Shown here in pieces: positions 50,817-64,000 of a stretch of 64,000 nucleotides of DNA. The stretch spans positions 89,838,001 through 89,902,000 of the forward strand of contig NC_043002.1 of NCBI RefSeq assembly GCF_006345805.1, written 5' to 3'. This stretch comes from Octopus sinensis (Eukaryota). Numbering within the stretch: position 1 is the stretch's first letter; each line of letters opens with the position of its first letter. A program made the translations under genes and the position numbers. Below the pieces are notes generated by a model that saw only the letters and a program-made list of their open reading frames with translations, was not told where the DNA came from and made no database searches.

Positions 50817-51237
50817 GGATCTTTTCGGTTTGAACGGCAGTTTTTAACATAATTTCTAGGTAACTAAAAAATTTTAAACTTCATATACTGGTAGAATGTG
50901 TTTATAAAACATCTTTTTTCTCTTGGCTTTATTGAGAAAATTCTATAGTTTGTAAGATATTTGTTGTTTTTTTTCCTCAATTTCTGTAATTTCAACCAAT
51001 CACTGACGTCTATAGAGGTAAAAAACATTCTGTGCTGTATGAATATGTTCCTCGTTTAAGAAACAGATTGAGTTTATTTACATTTGTGAAGAAAAAAAGA
51101 TACCCTTCCCCAACCCACCCCTAACCCTAACCCTAAAACAGATTGAATTGCAATAGATTGATACTAGGGTCATAATTATGGGTGACAATTTCATATGACA
51201 CGGCTAGAAAAAACTGCCGTTCAAACCGAAAAGATCC
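50817..51237. mobile_element. MITE with perfect 29-bp TIRs and internal (CCCTAA)n
   Basis: GGATCTTTTCGGTTTGAACGGCAGTTTTT inverted at both ends; degenerate 8-bp TSD CTTTGCTG/ATATGCTG. Confidence 0.85.
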
Positions 51238-51822
51238 ATATGCTGAATTAAAAATACTGTAATTCTGGACTACATCAGTGTTTGTCAGCGTTCTGTATTA
51301 CTTTAAAATGTGTCTATATCACTGTAATTACAATCAACGTTCTTTTGAATGGAGCTTTTGATAGTCTTCTAATTTTCTATACTGATATTCCAGCTACATG
51401 ACTTCACACAGTTAGGTGGTGTTTGGAAACACACATTTCTATCTGTGTGCGTGTGTGTGAGTGTGTGTGTGTGATCATTATTATCATAATTTAACATCCA
51501 CTTTTCCATACTTGCATGAATCAGAGGGTATTTGTTGAAGTAAATTTTTCCATGGCTGGGAGATTTATGCAGCTATTTATGCAATCATTGTTGAGCATAC
51601 ACATTTATTGTAAAAAAAATGCTGTTTGTGAAAGTGTGTGGATTTTATTGCTTGCAGTTTAGTTACATGGGTTTACATGAATGATATTGCTGAGAAAATG
51701 CCTTGAAAATATTTGTGAAAGAAGGCCAACTCACAGTCTTCTTTGTTCTAGCACTGATCTCCATAAAATAAATTATTTAAGCAATATATTAAAATGAATG
51801 ATTTAGAGGGACAGAAAAGATA

Positions 51823-52230
51823 TGAGTGGCTGTGTGGTAAGTAGCTTGTTTACCAACCACATGGTTCTGGGTTCAGTCCCACTGCATGGCACCTTGGGCA
51901 AGTGTCTTCTACTATAGCCCCGGGCCAACCAATGCCTTGTGAGAGGATTTGGTAGACGGAAACTGAAAGAAGCCTGTCGTATATATGTATATATATCTAT
52001 AAGTGTGTGTGTATGTGTTTGTGTATTTATGTTTGTCCCCCTAGCATTGCTTGACAACCGATGCTGGTGTGTTTACGTCCCCGTTACTTAGCGGTTCAGC
52101 AAAAGAGACCGATAAAATAAGTACTGGGCTTACAAAAGAATAAGTCCCGGGGTTGAGTTGCTCGATTAAAGGCGGTGCTCCAGCATGGCCACAGTCAAGT
52201 GACTGAAACAAGTAAAAGAGTAAAAGAGTA
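51823..52230 (+). mobile_element. tRNA-derived SINE family A
   Basis: Full-length match to family A. Confidence 0.9.
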
Positions 52231-52815
52231 TATATATATATATCATATTTCTTTCAGTGCAGGAAAGAAAAGACATAATTAAAAAGAAACTTCAAATGTT
52301 TCCTGAATGAGGTATTTCCATTTACTTTTATGGTTTTGGCTGCTCATACATATTTGAATATGTGAATGTACTTGTGTAAGTGTGTGTGTGTGTGTGTGTT
52401 CAATTGAGAAAAGTACTTTTTTACATGTGAAATTTTGCAAATTTTGCACTGTGAATCTTGAAGATACCAGAATTGAAGAGGATGAATTTTCGAACATACT
52501 GTTATGTCCTAATTACCTATGACACAATTTGTATGTACATGTATGTACACATACATATGTTAGTGTGCATGTATATGTGAGTGAGATTTTCTCTCCTCTC
52601 ATCATTCTTCTTTTTAACCCTCTTTCTCTTCCATCCCATCATTTGCTTCCTTTTATCTTCCCTTCATTAGTTGTTCTCTTCTTCTGTCTCTTGTCTTAGT
52701 ACTATTATGGTTTATCAGGGCAACATATGTGTGTGTGTGGTGTGTGGTGTGTGGTGGTGGTGGTGGTGGTTTGTGTGTGTGTGTATATATATGATGAGGA
52801 TATTCTGCTGAGCTG

Positions 52816-53149
52816 AGACCCCCTTCAGTCATGACTGATCATGGGATTGCACCTAGAAAGTTACCCTCCCAGGCACAAGTCCGGGCAAGGTTGTTTATGG
52901 AAGACCAGCAGTCGCCCATGCATACTGGCCTCCGTCTCTGCGCCACCGATGTTATCCAAGGGAAATGCAAAGACCGATACAGCTTGGCACCAGTGACTTC
53001 GCAACTCATTTCTACAGCTGAGTGAACTAGAGCAACGTGAAATAAAGTGTCTTGCTCAAGAACACAACATGCAGCCCGGTCCGGGATTCGAACTCACAAC
53101 CTTGCGATCATAAGCTCGATGCTCTAACCACTGAGCCACGTGCCTTCAC
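52816..53149 (-). mobile_element. SINE head/body B + tail Z
   Basis: Reverse complement of 17810-18153. Confidence 0.88.
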
Positions 53150-54515
53150 AATGAGTATATACATACATGCATATACACAATGAAGTTTATTTTAGTAGAT
53201 TTATGCAGGTATAACTAGCCTATATTTATGTAAACATTGTTGTATATATGTACATAAATGTAGTTATATATTTATGCAAATACAATTATGATATTTTTAT
53301 GTAGACATATATTTATGTATTTATTGGAGCTATACTTATATATAATTATGTAGATACAGTTATATTTTTGTAGGCATGATTATATATATTTATGTAGATA
53401 AAGTTATGCAGATAGTTATCATACATATATATATATAATTTTCAGAATCCAATAGAATGGAGGTATTTTAATAACAGAGCTGGCAAGCTAGAGAGTTGGG
53501 GATAGTATATGTGTGCACTAACAATATGTATGGACACTCACATACTTACTAGACAAATACAGATTAGTCCTTCCAGTTGTGCATACATTCACTAGTGTAG
53601 AACAAATACACCACCCATCTGTGTTATTATATATATATTTATGTAGACATCATTGTATGTATTATATATAGACATAGTTATCATTTGCCATCAGTTATGT
53701 GTTAGTTTCAGCATAGGACCAGACAGTTTTAGAATCATCTTTAAGCTGTTTCTAACCAGACAACAGAAAATGCTGCAAATTTCACCAAAGATTACAGTTT
53801 CAAGCATAGTTTTATTTCCCTTTAATATTTTATGTCGGAATCTTAATGTTTCCAGACAGACACATGGTCCAAGAGTGCAGATATGACTGCGTGGGTAAGA
53901 AGTTTGCTTCACAACAATGTGACTTCAGGTTCAATCCTTCTGTATGTCAAGTTCCTTGTAAGTGAAATTTAGTGAAATACTGTTGTTTGGAGAGATTATC
54001 CATGTTCTTAGGTGGTAGATTTAATCTTAAATCCTTAAAAATGTTTTAGCCCGAAGGCTGCGGCTATGCTGGGGCACCACCGCTGTTAACCAATTTAACA
54101 CTGTTGCTTGGCCTTTTGAGTGAACTTCTTTTCTTCATTTCCAGTTTTGTCCTTCCTTTCCTGACAGTGTCATTACATGGAAATACTAGTGTATCAGCTG
54201 TTTATCTTGTTTTTTTCTTGTTTCTAATATTGGCAGCTGTGATGGATCTGTAGAATCGTTAGAGCACCAAACAAAATGCTTTTCAGTATTTCTTTTGTCA
54301 GCTCTTTACATTTCTTTCTTCTTACTTTCTACTACAGGCACAAAGCCTAAAAATTTTGAGGGAGAGGGTAATTTCATTATAGCCCTCACCCCACTACCAT
54401 GCTCAGTTAATACTTATTTCATCATACACTCAAAAGAACGAAAGGCAAAAATCAAACTTGGCAGAATTTAAACTCAGAACTTAAAGCTAGAAGAAATGCT
54501 GCTAAACATTTTGTC

Positions 54516-54901
54516 AGGAGGCGCAATGGTCCAGTGGTTAGGGCAGCGGACTCGCGGTCGTAGGATCACGGTTTCGATTCCCAGACCGGGCGTTGTGAGT
54601 GTTTATTGAGTGAAAACACCTAAAGCTCCACGAGGCTCTGGCAGGGATGGTAGTGATCCCTGCTGTACTCTTTCACCACAACTTTCTCTCACTCTTACTT
54701 CCTGTTTCTGTTGTACCTGTATTTCAAAGGGCCGGCCTTGTCACTCTCTGTGTCATGCTGAATCTCCCTGAGAACTACGTTAAGGGTACACGTGTCTGTG
54801 GAGTGCTCAGCCACTTACACGTTAATTTCATGAGCAGGCTGTTCCGTTGATGGATCAACCGGAACCCTCGTCGTCGTAACCGACGGAGTGCTTCCAATCC
54901 C
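54516..54901 (+). mobile_element. tRNA-derived SINE (head/body C + tail X) with 12-bp TSD, nested in a family D SINE
   Basis: A box TGGTCCAGTGG, B box GTTTCGATTCC; TSD AAACATTTTGTC at 54504-54515 and 54902-54913. Confidence 0.9.
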
Positions 54902-55036
54902 AAACATTTTGTCTGTTCTGCTAATCACCTTCAGTTCTTTACATTCTGAGTTTAAATTCTGCTGGGGTCAATATTGCTTTCTGTCCTTGTAGGAGTCAAT
55001 AAAATAAGTACTAGCCATGTATGATATCAACTAACC

Positions 55037-55392
55037 CAGTGGTTCTCAAAGTGGGCAGTATTGCCCCCATGGGGTAGTGGAAAGTTCCAAAGGGATGTTG
55101 AAGAAAAGTGGGGTGATAATAGGGTAGCAATTCATGTAAAAAGTGGGACAATAATGGGGTGGCAATTAATGTAGGAAGTGGGGTGATAATGAGGTAGCGA
55201 TTCATGTAAAGACAACAAAATAACAGGTTCGTTAGGTTAAGTTTTATTCGTGAAATACAGTTGCTTTGAATTTGCTTCAGAAAGAAGTCTGTGTTTGTGA
55301 TGGTTAGTTGGGGTGAGGGCGCTAGGAAGGGTGGGTGGGTGAGTGGTGGTGGTGGTGGTGAGGGGCAACCTAAAAAAGTTTGGGAACGACTG
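55037..55392. mobile_element. hAT (Charlie-like) MITE
   Basis: CAGTGGTTCTCAAAGT and AGTTTGGGAACGACTG ends; TSD AACTAACC/AACTAAGT. Confidence 0.7.
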
Positions 55393-55394
55393 AA

Positions 55395-55632
55395 CTAAGT
55401 TAAGTTAATTTTTTGGCTCAAAAAGCAAAAAGCAAGGCCATGTAGGGGGACATGGAGTTATGTACAGGGTGGTGTTCATGCAAAGAGTTCAGGCCATTTC
55501 TGGTCAAGGGAGACTTTGAACCGAGCGGTCGTCAGCATCTTCACTATCTCGTCCGGCAGCTTATTCCATGGATCTGCAACCCGGATGGAGAAAGCCCCTC
55601 TCCTTCGATTGAGATGAAATCGTTGCAGATAG
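55395..55632 (-). mobile_element. CR1-group LINE 3' fragment
   Basis: Minus strand encodes QRFHLNRRRGAFSIRVADPWNKLPDEIV..FKVSLD; short (AACTT)n tail. Confidence 0.75.
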
Positions 55633-55840
55633 AGCGAACTTCCCCTCTTAACTTATTGGCTTTGTATCCAAATTAGAAGTCATTATTTTTCAAATATTAG
55701 TTTCTATCACATTCTGTAATAACCAGGAATAGAATTAGCCATTAGGTTGCTGTGTTTGTTATAATGTTATTACAACATATTGAATAGCCAGACGGGAAAC
55801 TAAACCACTGGGTTGCTATGTCTACTGCAGTGATATTTAT

Positions 55841-56281
55841 CCCTTTAGCGTTTAGATTACTCTGTCAGATATAATGCTTATTTATTCATATTGTTTTGAA
55901 TTAATCATGCATTATCTTGTAGTTTCAGGATTTCGATGTAGTAATTGTTTATTATTAGAATGTTATTGTTGGGTAGGTGTGAGAGACCAGATCTGGCCAG
56001 CTTGAATGTAAAACAGAGAATATTTAGGCCAGATATGATCAGTTTAACCCTTTAGTATTTAAGCTGGCCATATCCGGCCAAAATATTTAATCTGTTTTAT
56101 GTTCAGACTGACCAGATCCAGGCCTCCACACCTACCCTACAATGTTATTCTACATTAAGTAATTACATCATCAAGATCTTGAAGATATGAGAAAATGCAT
56201 GATTAATTCAAATCAATGGGAATCAATAAGCATTATGTTTGATAGAATAATCTGAACATTAAAGGGTTAAATGCTAAAGGG
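55841..56281. mobile_element. piggyBac-type MITE containing an inverted same-family copy (56048-56266)
   Basis: The inner copy is bounded by TTAA at 56044-56047 and 56267-56270; the outer end ATGCTAAAGGG resumes after it. Confidence 0.8.
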
Positions 56282-57035
56282 TGAAGCATTGGCAAGTACC
56301 AGGAAATGATCCTAGTGTATTGAAACTTCCAGGACATATTTCTGGAGGATTTCGCGCTTTCAAACCAAAGTTAATTCTAAAATCAGTTTAAGCTATTTGA
56401 AACTGTCACAACATTTTTTTGTTATTGACTTCAATGAAGAATGGATCTTAAATTATATCTCTTACTTGAGTTTTAGCCATGTATATTCTCACTTGATGAA
56501 GCAAGACAATCAAACTTACCATCTCTGTAATTATCTTCAATAATTCTTTAACTTCAGTCATTTTTCTCCCCAGAAATTTTTATGAAAGCACAACATTTGG
56601 TTCTAAAATTACTAAATACAATTTATGTTTGTTATCCAGTCCATTATCAGCTATAATTGAGCAGTCCTATGATTAAAGGCATTCCATCTGTGGCCATCCT
56701 GTTTTTCTTTCGACACACCATTTTGTACACACCATGCAATTTGTCTTTCCTTTTTTAAAACAGTAGAGTATGATTTGAAAGAAATTTAGTTGCTATTTCT
56801 AGAAGATTGAACGACTGCATAGAAACTCCAGTTTAAGGAATAAGTTGTTCAACATTTTAGATCAAGGGAAAAAAAACTTCCATGTTCAATCCCTGTTATA
56901 GCCAAGCCCTCAGTATCTTTACTCCGGTTGTGCTGTCATTTGTTGAGGGGAATTTGGCTGCTGTATTGGACAGGACAGAGACTACATAGAAGTTCAAATT
57001 AGCAGACCACTTGAACTTGTTCTGTCTGTCTGTCC

Positions 57036-57100
<65 letters not shown>

Positions 57101-58394
57101 GCTCTCTCTCTCACACACACAAACACACACACACGTGCCTTCCTTTCTGTTATGACATAGATCAGACAGTTTTACAAATGTTCCATAATTTTTATTCAGT
57201 AGTATAATTATATAAATTAAAATATTAATTAAAGTTAACTTCAACTTTTTATCCCGTATAAAACTGGTTTAAATGGTTTGAAATTCCACCAATAAATGTT
57301 CTTATTAACCATTCTAACGTATCAAATTTGATGAATCAAAGATAACAGAGCTATCTACCAACAAACCACTATTTATTTCATCAATGTCAAATTAAATTAA
57401 TTGGTACATTTCAAATTTAAGACAATTTAATGTCATGTCACATTTAGATCCAAGTCCAATTTGTTTGATTTAGAATTAAAGCATTAACTAGTTTTCTTCT
57501 TTTCCTGTAAATATAATGATTGCTGTTCTTAGTGTTCCATAGAATTGTTTGGAATTGACAAATATTAAATGAGAAAAACAGAAAAGAAATGTAAAGAAAC
57601 AAATATGTAAAACATTTTACTACAGATTTTTTTTTAGTGTTTTGCACAGTGTTTTTCGTGTTTAAAAAACAAACTCACAAATTGTGTTGCATTATATGAA
57701 TATATTACTGTTTACTGCATGCAGCTTCAGGGTTACAAGAATCAGTTAAATTTTATTGTTTTATTGAACAAAACACACCCAGGATTACTGCAGCAGGGTA
57801 TGAGGAATTTGTGATGAGGGCAGAGAATGAAAACTCTTGTAATTGCAATGAGAAGTGGAAAAATAAAAAAAAGAATGAAAAGATAAATAAAAACATAAAA
57901 CAAATTGCGCTAGAATCCATAGAAATCTATATTAAGAATTTCAGATTCTGATTAGTTGATATTATAAAAAGACTCAGAAAAACTGCTTGGCTTCATTTTT
58001 AGATTCTTGTTGGTTTTCCACAGTTGTTACAACTGATGTAATTCTCAGTAGTTTAATACTTTAGATACACAGCTATTCACTTATCTAATCATTGCCAATG
58101 AATGCTGGTTTATTATTTTTTTTCTTCTTTTTTTTTTATTTAATATTTGTTTTTGTTTTTCTCCTGACCAACCACAATCAATTTAAAGATATATGGATTG
58201 TCTGCATTGCCTTGGAGATGTTGGTATATCAGAATCTATTGCTGTAATTAATATTTTTCCATCATAACTAAAACCATACATCCACTACTGACATGTTCTG
58301 CTGCAGCATACCACTTCATACTATTATGCAACAGGACTCCCATATCCTATAGACCCAAAACTGGACATCATGGTTTGTAACACTGTGGATAATT

Positions 58395-58975
58395 ACTCGA
58401 CTGCTTGCTACATCATGCTGTGACAAGCCAGCCTCTCCACTGCTTGCTACGTCATGCTACAACAAGCCACTCCACTCCTTGTTATGTTACACTGTGACTA
58501 GCTATTACACTGCTTGCTATATTACACTACAAACTACCCCACTGTTTGCTAGATTACACTAAAGCAAGCCACCCACTACTTGCTATGTCACACTGTGACT
58601 AGCTACCTCATTCCTTGGTATGTCACTCTTGACAAACTATCACACTTCTTGCTATGTCATACTGTAATATGCCACCTCACTACTTTCTATGTCACACTAT
58701 AGCAAGTCGCCCTGCAACTCACTTTGTCACACTAATGCAAGCCATTCCACTGTCACACTGACAAACCACCCTACTCTTTGCTCAGTTACACCCAACTCCT
58801 TGCTGTGTCACAATCTGATAAGCCACCCTTCTACTTTCTGTGTCACAATGACAAGTCACTCTGCTTGTTACTAAGTTATACTGTTACACTGTAACAAGCC
58901 ACCATACTATACTATGTCTTACAGTAACAAAACCATCCCACTACTATCTCATGTTACAGATAGCAACCCACTCCA
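58395..58975. repeat. Degenerate ~37-bp minisatellite
   Basis: Recurrent CACTGCTTGCTATGTCACACTGTGACAAGCCAC-like units. Confidence 0.75.
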
Positions 58976-59884
58976 ATCCTTAACTACACAGCTATGTCCG
59001 AGTCTATTAAACATGACTTTCTTAAGCAACAAGTCTAAAGTTATAAATTTTCTACTTGCACAGTTTTATCTCACAGTATTACATAACATTGCATGAATCA
59101 GTGCTAGAGCCTCTATGTTATTGCTTGACATGCTCTAACTAACAACCAATTCTCCCTTAAAATACACCCTATTCAAAAATGCAAGACTAATCGATTGATG
59201 TGGTCTTAGATTAACAGTCTTGGCTGGAATGTCTTTACTGGTTCATGCAGTACTAAGCAATAATATAACATAGAATGAAGTACATAAATGTTTTATTTAT
59301 AAACAGACATTGCTTTCTTATGAACTGTGAATTTCTTTAAATCAATCTTCAAGTTGTAATGTTCAGCAAACATAGTTTTGCTACATGCACGACATAACTA
59401 TATTTGGACCATCAAACACACTGTATATCTATATATTTATTAGTGACAAAAGTAGTATTAATACTCAGATGTAATATTTATCCCTACTTAAACATGAATG
59501 TTCTGTTAGAACAAACTATACTGGGGTAGATACCAAGAGAGAAACTCTCATATTGGCTTTTGTTGCTGAATGAGTTTGCTCTATCTATGTTTTTGCTCTG
59601 GTGTCATTTTAGCATGCAGTCCACCTGGCCATTTACACTTTAGCATGCAGCCTGACACTAATCCTAGCTCTTAACTCTTATCCTAATCCAGAACAGCATA
59701 GACTATGGATACTGCAGTAGACTGCATGCTAAAGTAGCATCTTTTTCTACACACAATTATATACTTGTACCACTATACTCCAGGCTTGCATATATATTTG
59801 TATCACTGTAGATACTATTTAGCTATATATTTGTACTACTCTAGACACAACATGACTATATTTTTGTGCTTCAAGCGTCTAATA

Positions 59885-59935
<51 letters not shown>

Positions 59936-59992
59936 TAGAAATATTAAAATTACTAAGTCTCTCTAAAAGAGATTACGGCAGCGTTACTGGAA

Positions 59993-60299
59993 ATTAATAG
60001 TTATCGCCATACTAATATGGCAATCTTATAAATATAAGACTAAAGCTGTCGATGATTAGCTCCAAGAGGCCACCGCCTCAAGCTAGCTATTTGACACACA
60101 ATCTGCGTCCATTATAGACTTTCGAACAGGGGAGGTCAGCAGGATGAAGCGGCTGACCTCCCCTGTTCGAAAGTCTATAATGGACGCAGATTGTGTGTCA
60201 AATAGCTAGCTTGAGGCGGTGGCCTCTTGGAGCTAATCATCGACAGCTTTAGTCTTATATTTATAAGACTGCCATATTAGTATGGCGATAACTATTAAT
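59993..60299. repeat. Near-perfect palindrome: 148-bp arms, 11-nt loop
   Basis: 59993-60140 is the reverse complement of 60152-60299 apart from one mismatch (60023/60269). Confidence 0.95.
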
Positions 60300-60577
60300 A
60301 TATAATGATAAATCACATACCTGTTTGTTCGTATATACTTGTACCTCAATATATGCCACATGACTCTCTTTCTCTCTATCCCTTTGTCTCTCCTTACACA
60401 CACACACATGATAGGCTTCTTTCAGTTTCCATCAATCAAATCCACTTACAAGGCTTTGGTTAGCCTGAGGCTTTAGTAGAAGACACTCGTCCAAGGTGGT
60501 ACATGGAGGGACTGAACCTGGAACCATACGGTTGGGAAGCAAGCTTCAGCTTCTTACCACACAGCCATATACGTATA

Positions 60578-60987
60578 TCATCATCATCATCATCATCATC
60601 ATTTAGCGTCCGTTTTCCATGCTAGCATGGGTTGGACGGTTCTTACTGGGGTCTGTGAAGCCAGAAGGCTTCATCAGGCCCAGTAAATCTGGCAGTGGCA
60701 GTGTTTCTATGGCTGGATGCCCTTCCTAACGCCAACACACTCCGTGAGTGTAGTGGGTGCTTTTTACGTGCCACCCGCACTGGTGCCAGACAGAGCTGGC
60801 AAACGGCCACGAACGGATGGTGCTTTTTATGTGCCACCGGCACGAGGGCCAGGCGAGGCTGGCAACGGACACGAAACGGGGCGGTGCTGGCAACGGTCGC
60901 GAAACGGAAAGTTCTCTTACATGCCACCGGCACTGGTAACACATCTGCAATTTCCATTGATCGATTTCCATTGATCGATTTCGATTG
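60578..60987 (-). mobile_element. RTE-related 3'UTR element with internal tandem units
   Basis: (CAT)n plus the family 3' end and repeated TTTTACGTGCCACC..GGCAACGG units. Confidence 0.85.
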
Positions 60988-62562
60988 TATATATATATAT
61001 ACTCTACCATACACTCTGTATGGCTACATTTCTGCACAAGCCAACAAGTGTCTCCCTGTACATTCATACCTTAATTTTGTTCTTTTGCCCTGTGGAGTGA
61101 TACACAATTAATAGTCAAAGCAAATTGACCCAGACCTATTGATGTACAATGAAACAGTCATATTCATTTATGTTGATGCGTACCTACAGATGGACCAAAG
61201 TTCATGTATTCCATAGTTAAAAGTACTTTGATGTTGATGGCCATCAGTTTGAACCATTATTGTGATTTCAGACATTTGAATCAATTAAGTGGTCTTTCTG
61301 TGAACCAAAACTTTTTACTTGTTTTAGGTATTTAATGATATTAAACATTTCTCTGATTTCACATTGACTTATTAGTATGAGTATGAATCAGGTCTTGTGT
61401 TCAATCTCATTGTAAGATATGATGGACAAATATGTACCTTCATAAATTGTTCAAAGTGAAAGTCTTTTTTTAAAGTCTGTGTTGCATTGTCTGTATATTG
61501 AAAGACACACACACACACACACACAAATAACTATATGCATTATATATATTCATAGTCTCTTTTTGAGGTCTGTGTTACATTGTGTTGACAGAATTGCACT
61601 TAAAATTCTGGTGTTTTTAATCAAGACTTGGTAGTTACTAAGGTGACAACACCACCTATTTATCTATCTTTCACACATACACACACACACACACACTCTC
61701 TCTCTCTCTCTCTCTCTCACTGTACTTCTCTCTCAACAATAACTTTTCCTCCTCATCTTCTTCCCTCTCTCTGCTCAGATGTTATGGACAGACAGATGGA
61801 GATCAGCTTCTCTTTTATGATATAAGATTATTTATAGCTTTCTGTGTGCATCAAGATCCACTGTTGCAAAAAAGTTTGATCAACTGAATTACATTGACAT
61901 GTAGTGTAAGGGGTTGAGTATTCCACAATCACATGTATCTTAACGTATTTATCAGGCATAGTCAACATGACATAGAGTGTCTTATAAGGTTGGCTCTTTG
62001 AATTACACATACAGTATAATGTATCTGTTGATCCTGTGCAGCTTCTGACTGCTCATTTTCAATCACCTCACCTGGCCAATTCAAGGCTATTCAAAAAAAA
62101 AAAAAGGACATTCAAAAATACTGAGGAGTGGAATTGAACCTAGGAACTCATGAATGCAAAGCAAACTTCTTAACCACTCACATAGGCCAATCACATATGC
62201 TAAATCACTTGCTGAGCCAATGTAAGGCTAACATTTTCTAACTTGTGGCCCTAGTATTTGGAAGTTTCAGATTTGGATGCATTAGTTGATCAATGTCTAT
62301 AGAAGATGCCTTATTGGTTCCTGAACAGGATACGTGAACAGGATGTATCTACTCTGTGATGTTAGTACTACATGTTATTGTTGAATTGATGTTAAATGTA
62401 GCTAAGCGGACTTGGCCAAGCCATAGGGAAATGAATGTAAAATCAATCAGGAGGATGATTAAGAAATTGTATACAGTTAAGAGCAGCATATTACTATTTT
62501 TTATCTCTAATTTCTTTTAGAGTGATTTGTTTTTATAAACAGAATAGTTATTGAGGCTCTTA

Positions 62563-62722
62563 TATACATATACATACATACATACATACATACATACATA
62601 CATACATACATACATACATACATACATACATACACACATACATACATACATACATACATACATACATACATACATTCATACATTCACACACACATACATA
62701 CATACATACATACATACATACA

Positions 62723-62753
<31 letters not shown>

Positions 62754-62765
62754 GTATACACACAC
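62563..62765. repeat. (TACA)n microsatellite
   Basis: Read directly from the sequence. Confidence 0.95.
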
Positions 62766-63317
62766 ATGCATTCAGCTAGCTAGCTAGCTAGATATGTGTA
62801 TATGTATGTCTGTACGTATAAATTATCAATGAGCGGTAGAAAAATACAACTTTATTTATATGCTTTCTATACACCAGAGAACAGAGGCATGTCAGTTTAT
62901 TCCCTGCTGTTTATATTTGTAAGGCAACAAAATAATCACTGTTTTGTTTGCTTTTTTTTTTGTTTTTGCTTTTAAAGAATAGCAATGCCTCTTGGCTTTT
63001 AGAGTTTTCTTATACAAAGATGTTCTGTTGTTGAATATCAGAACTATATGCCTGCAACAGAATATAATTCCATTGGAGAGTATAAAGATCCTTTGATTGG
63101 TTTTCATTGACAAGTATTATCTATTTACCATTGCAGTTAGTGTAATCAATATATTAGTGCCAAACCACCCATGGCCACTGCTAATATTACATTACATCAT
63201 CAGGCAGAGTATTTTACTATGTTTGAACTACTTGTAAAATTAGTCTCACTTGTATATATCTTAGTGGAGTGATCATTTCAGATTGGACAGACACTCAAGA
63301 TTATTAGTGTTGGCAGA

Positions 63318-63333
63318 ACATCATCGTCATCAG

Positions 63334-63364
<31 letters not shown>

Positions 63365-63599
63365 TTTTAACGTCCACTTTCCATGCTAGCATGGGTTGGA
63401 CGATTTTGACTGAGGGCTGGCGAACCAGATGACTGCATCAGGCTCCAATCTTGATCTGCCAGAGTTTCTACAGCTGGATGCCCTTCCTGATGCCAACCAC
63501 TCCGAGAGTGTAGTGGGTGCTTCTTACGTGTCACCGGCACGAGGGCCAGTCAGGCAGTACTGGCAACGACCTCGCTCGAATCTTTTTGCACATGCCACC
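63318..63599 (-). mobile_element. RTE-related 3'UTR element, followed by a family D SINE fragment (63606-63772)
   Basis: (CAT)n plus the family 3' end. Confidence 0.8.
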
Positions 63600-64000
63600 T
63601 CTACATAATCCTTTCTACTATAGGTACAAGGCCTGGAATTTTGCAGGAGAGGGGTAGTCAATTACATTGTCCCCAGTGCCGAACTGGTACTTATCTTATT
63701 GACCCTGAAAGAATGAAAGGCAAAGTTGACTTGCACAGTGTTTGAACTCAGAATGTAAAAGTAGAGGAAATACTGTGATCTTTCTTTTCAGGTGATTCAC
63801 TAATAGAAGGGGACCATATTTTGACAACATTGACAGGGTAGATATGTGTGTGTGTGCATGTGAGTGCGCATATGCACATGTGTATATGTATGTGTGTATG
63901 CATACATGAATATATATGTACCTGTTTACATATAAGTGTGTACAAACATGGATGTCATTGCATGTGTGGATCTATATGTTTTGACTTACGTATATGTAAA

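Overview
AT-rich, repeat-saturated eukaryotic DNA with no host protein-coding exon that I can recognise, so it is probably intronic or intergenic. The SINE families and dense (TA)n/(CA)n/(CAT)n/(AAT)n microsatellites look like an octopus/coleoid cephalopod genome (inference, not verified). Almost all ORF-track entries are microsatellite or SINE read-through. The only real coding remnants belong to transposons: a 5'-truncated RTE-clade reverse transcriptase (1449-2768), a decayed Tc1-type transposase with DD36E spacing (26151-27185), and short CR1, RTE and R4/Dong-like 3' ends. The window also holds many tRNA-derived SINEs built from shuffled modules, non-autonomous Helitrons and HINEs, and mariner, hAT and piggyBac MITEs. 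The most interesting signal is a set of type I hammerhead-ribozyme motifs in small Penelope/retrozyme-like elements. One has a compensatory G3-C8 core (GUGAACA, 23169-23215). One has a canonical core inside an inverted, circularly permuted unit of about 490 nt (40328-41090). A hammerhead-like remnant sits at the centre of a 148-bp-arm palindrome (59993-60299). All folds were done by eye and none is shown to be active.
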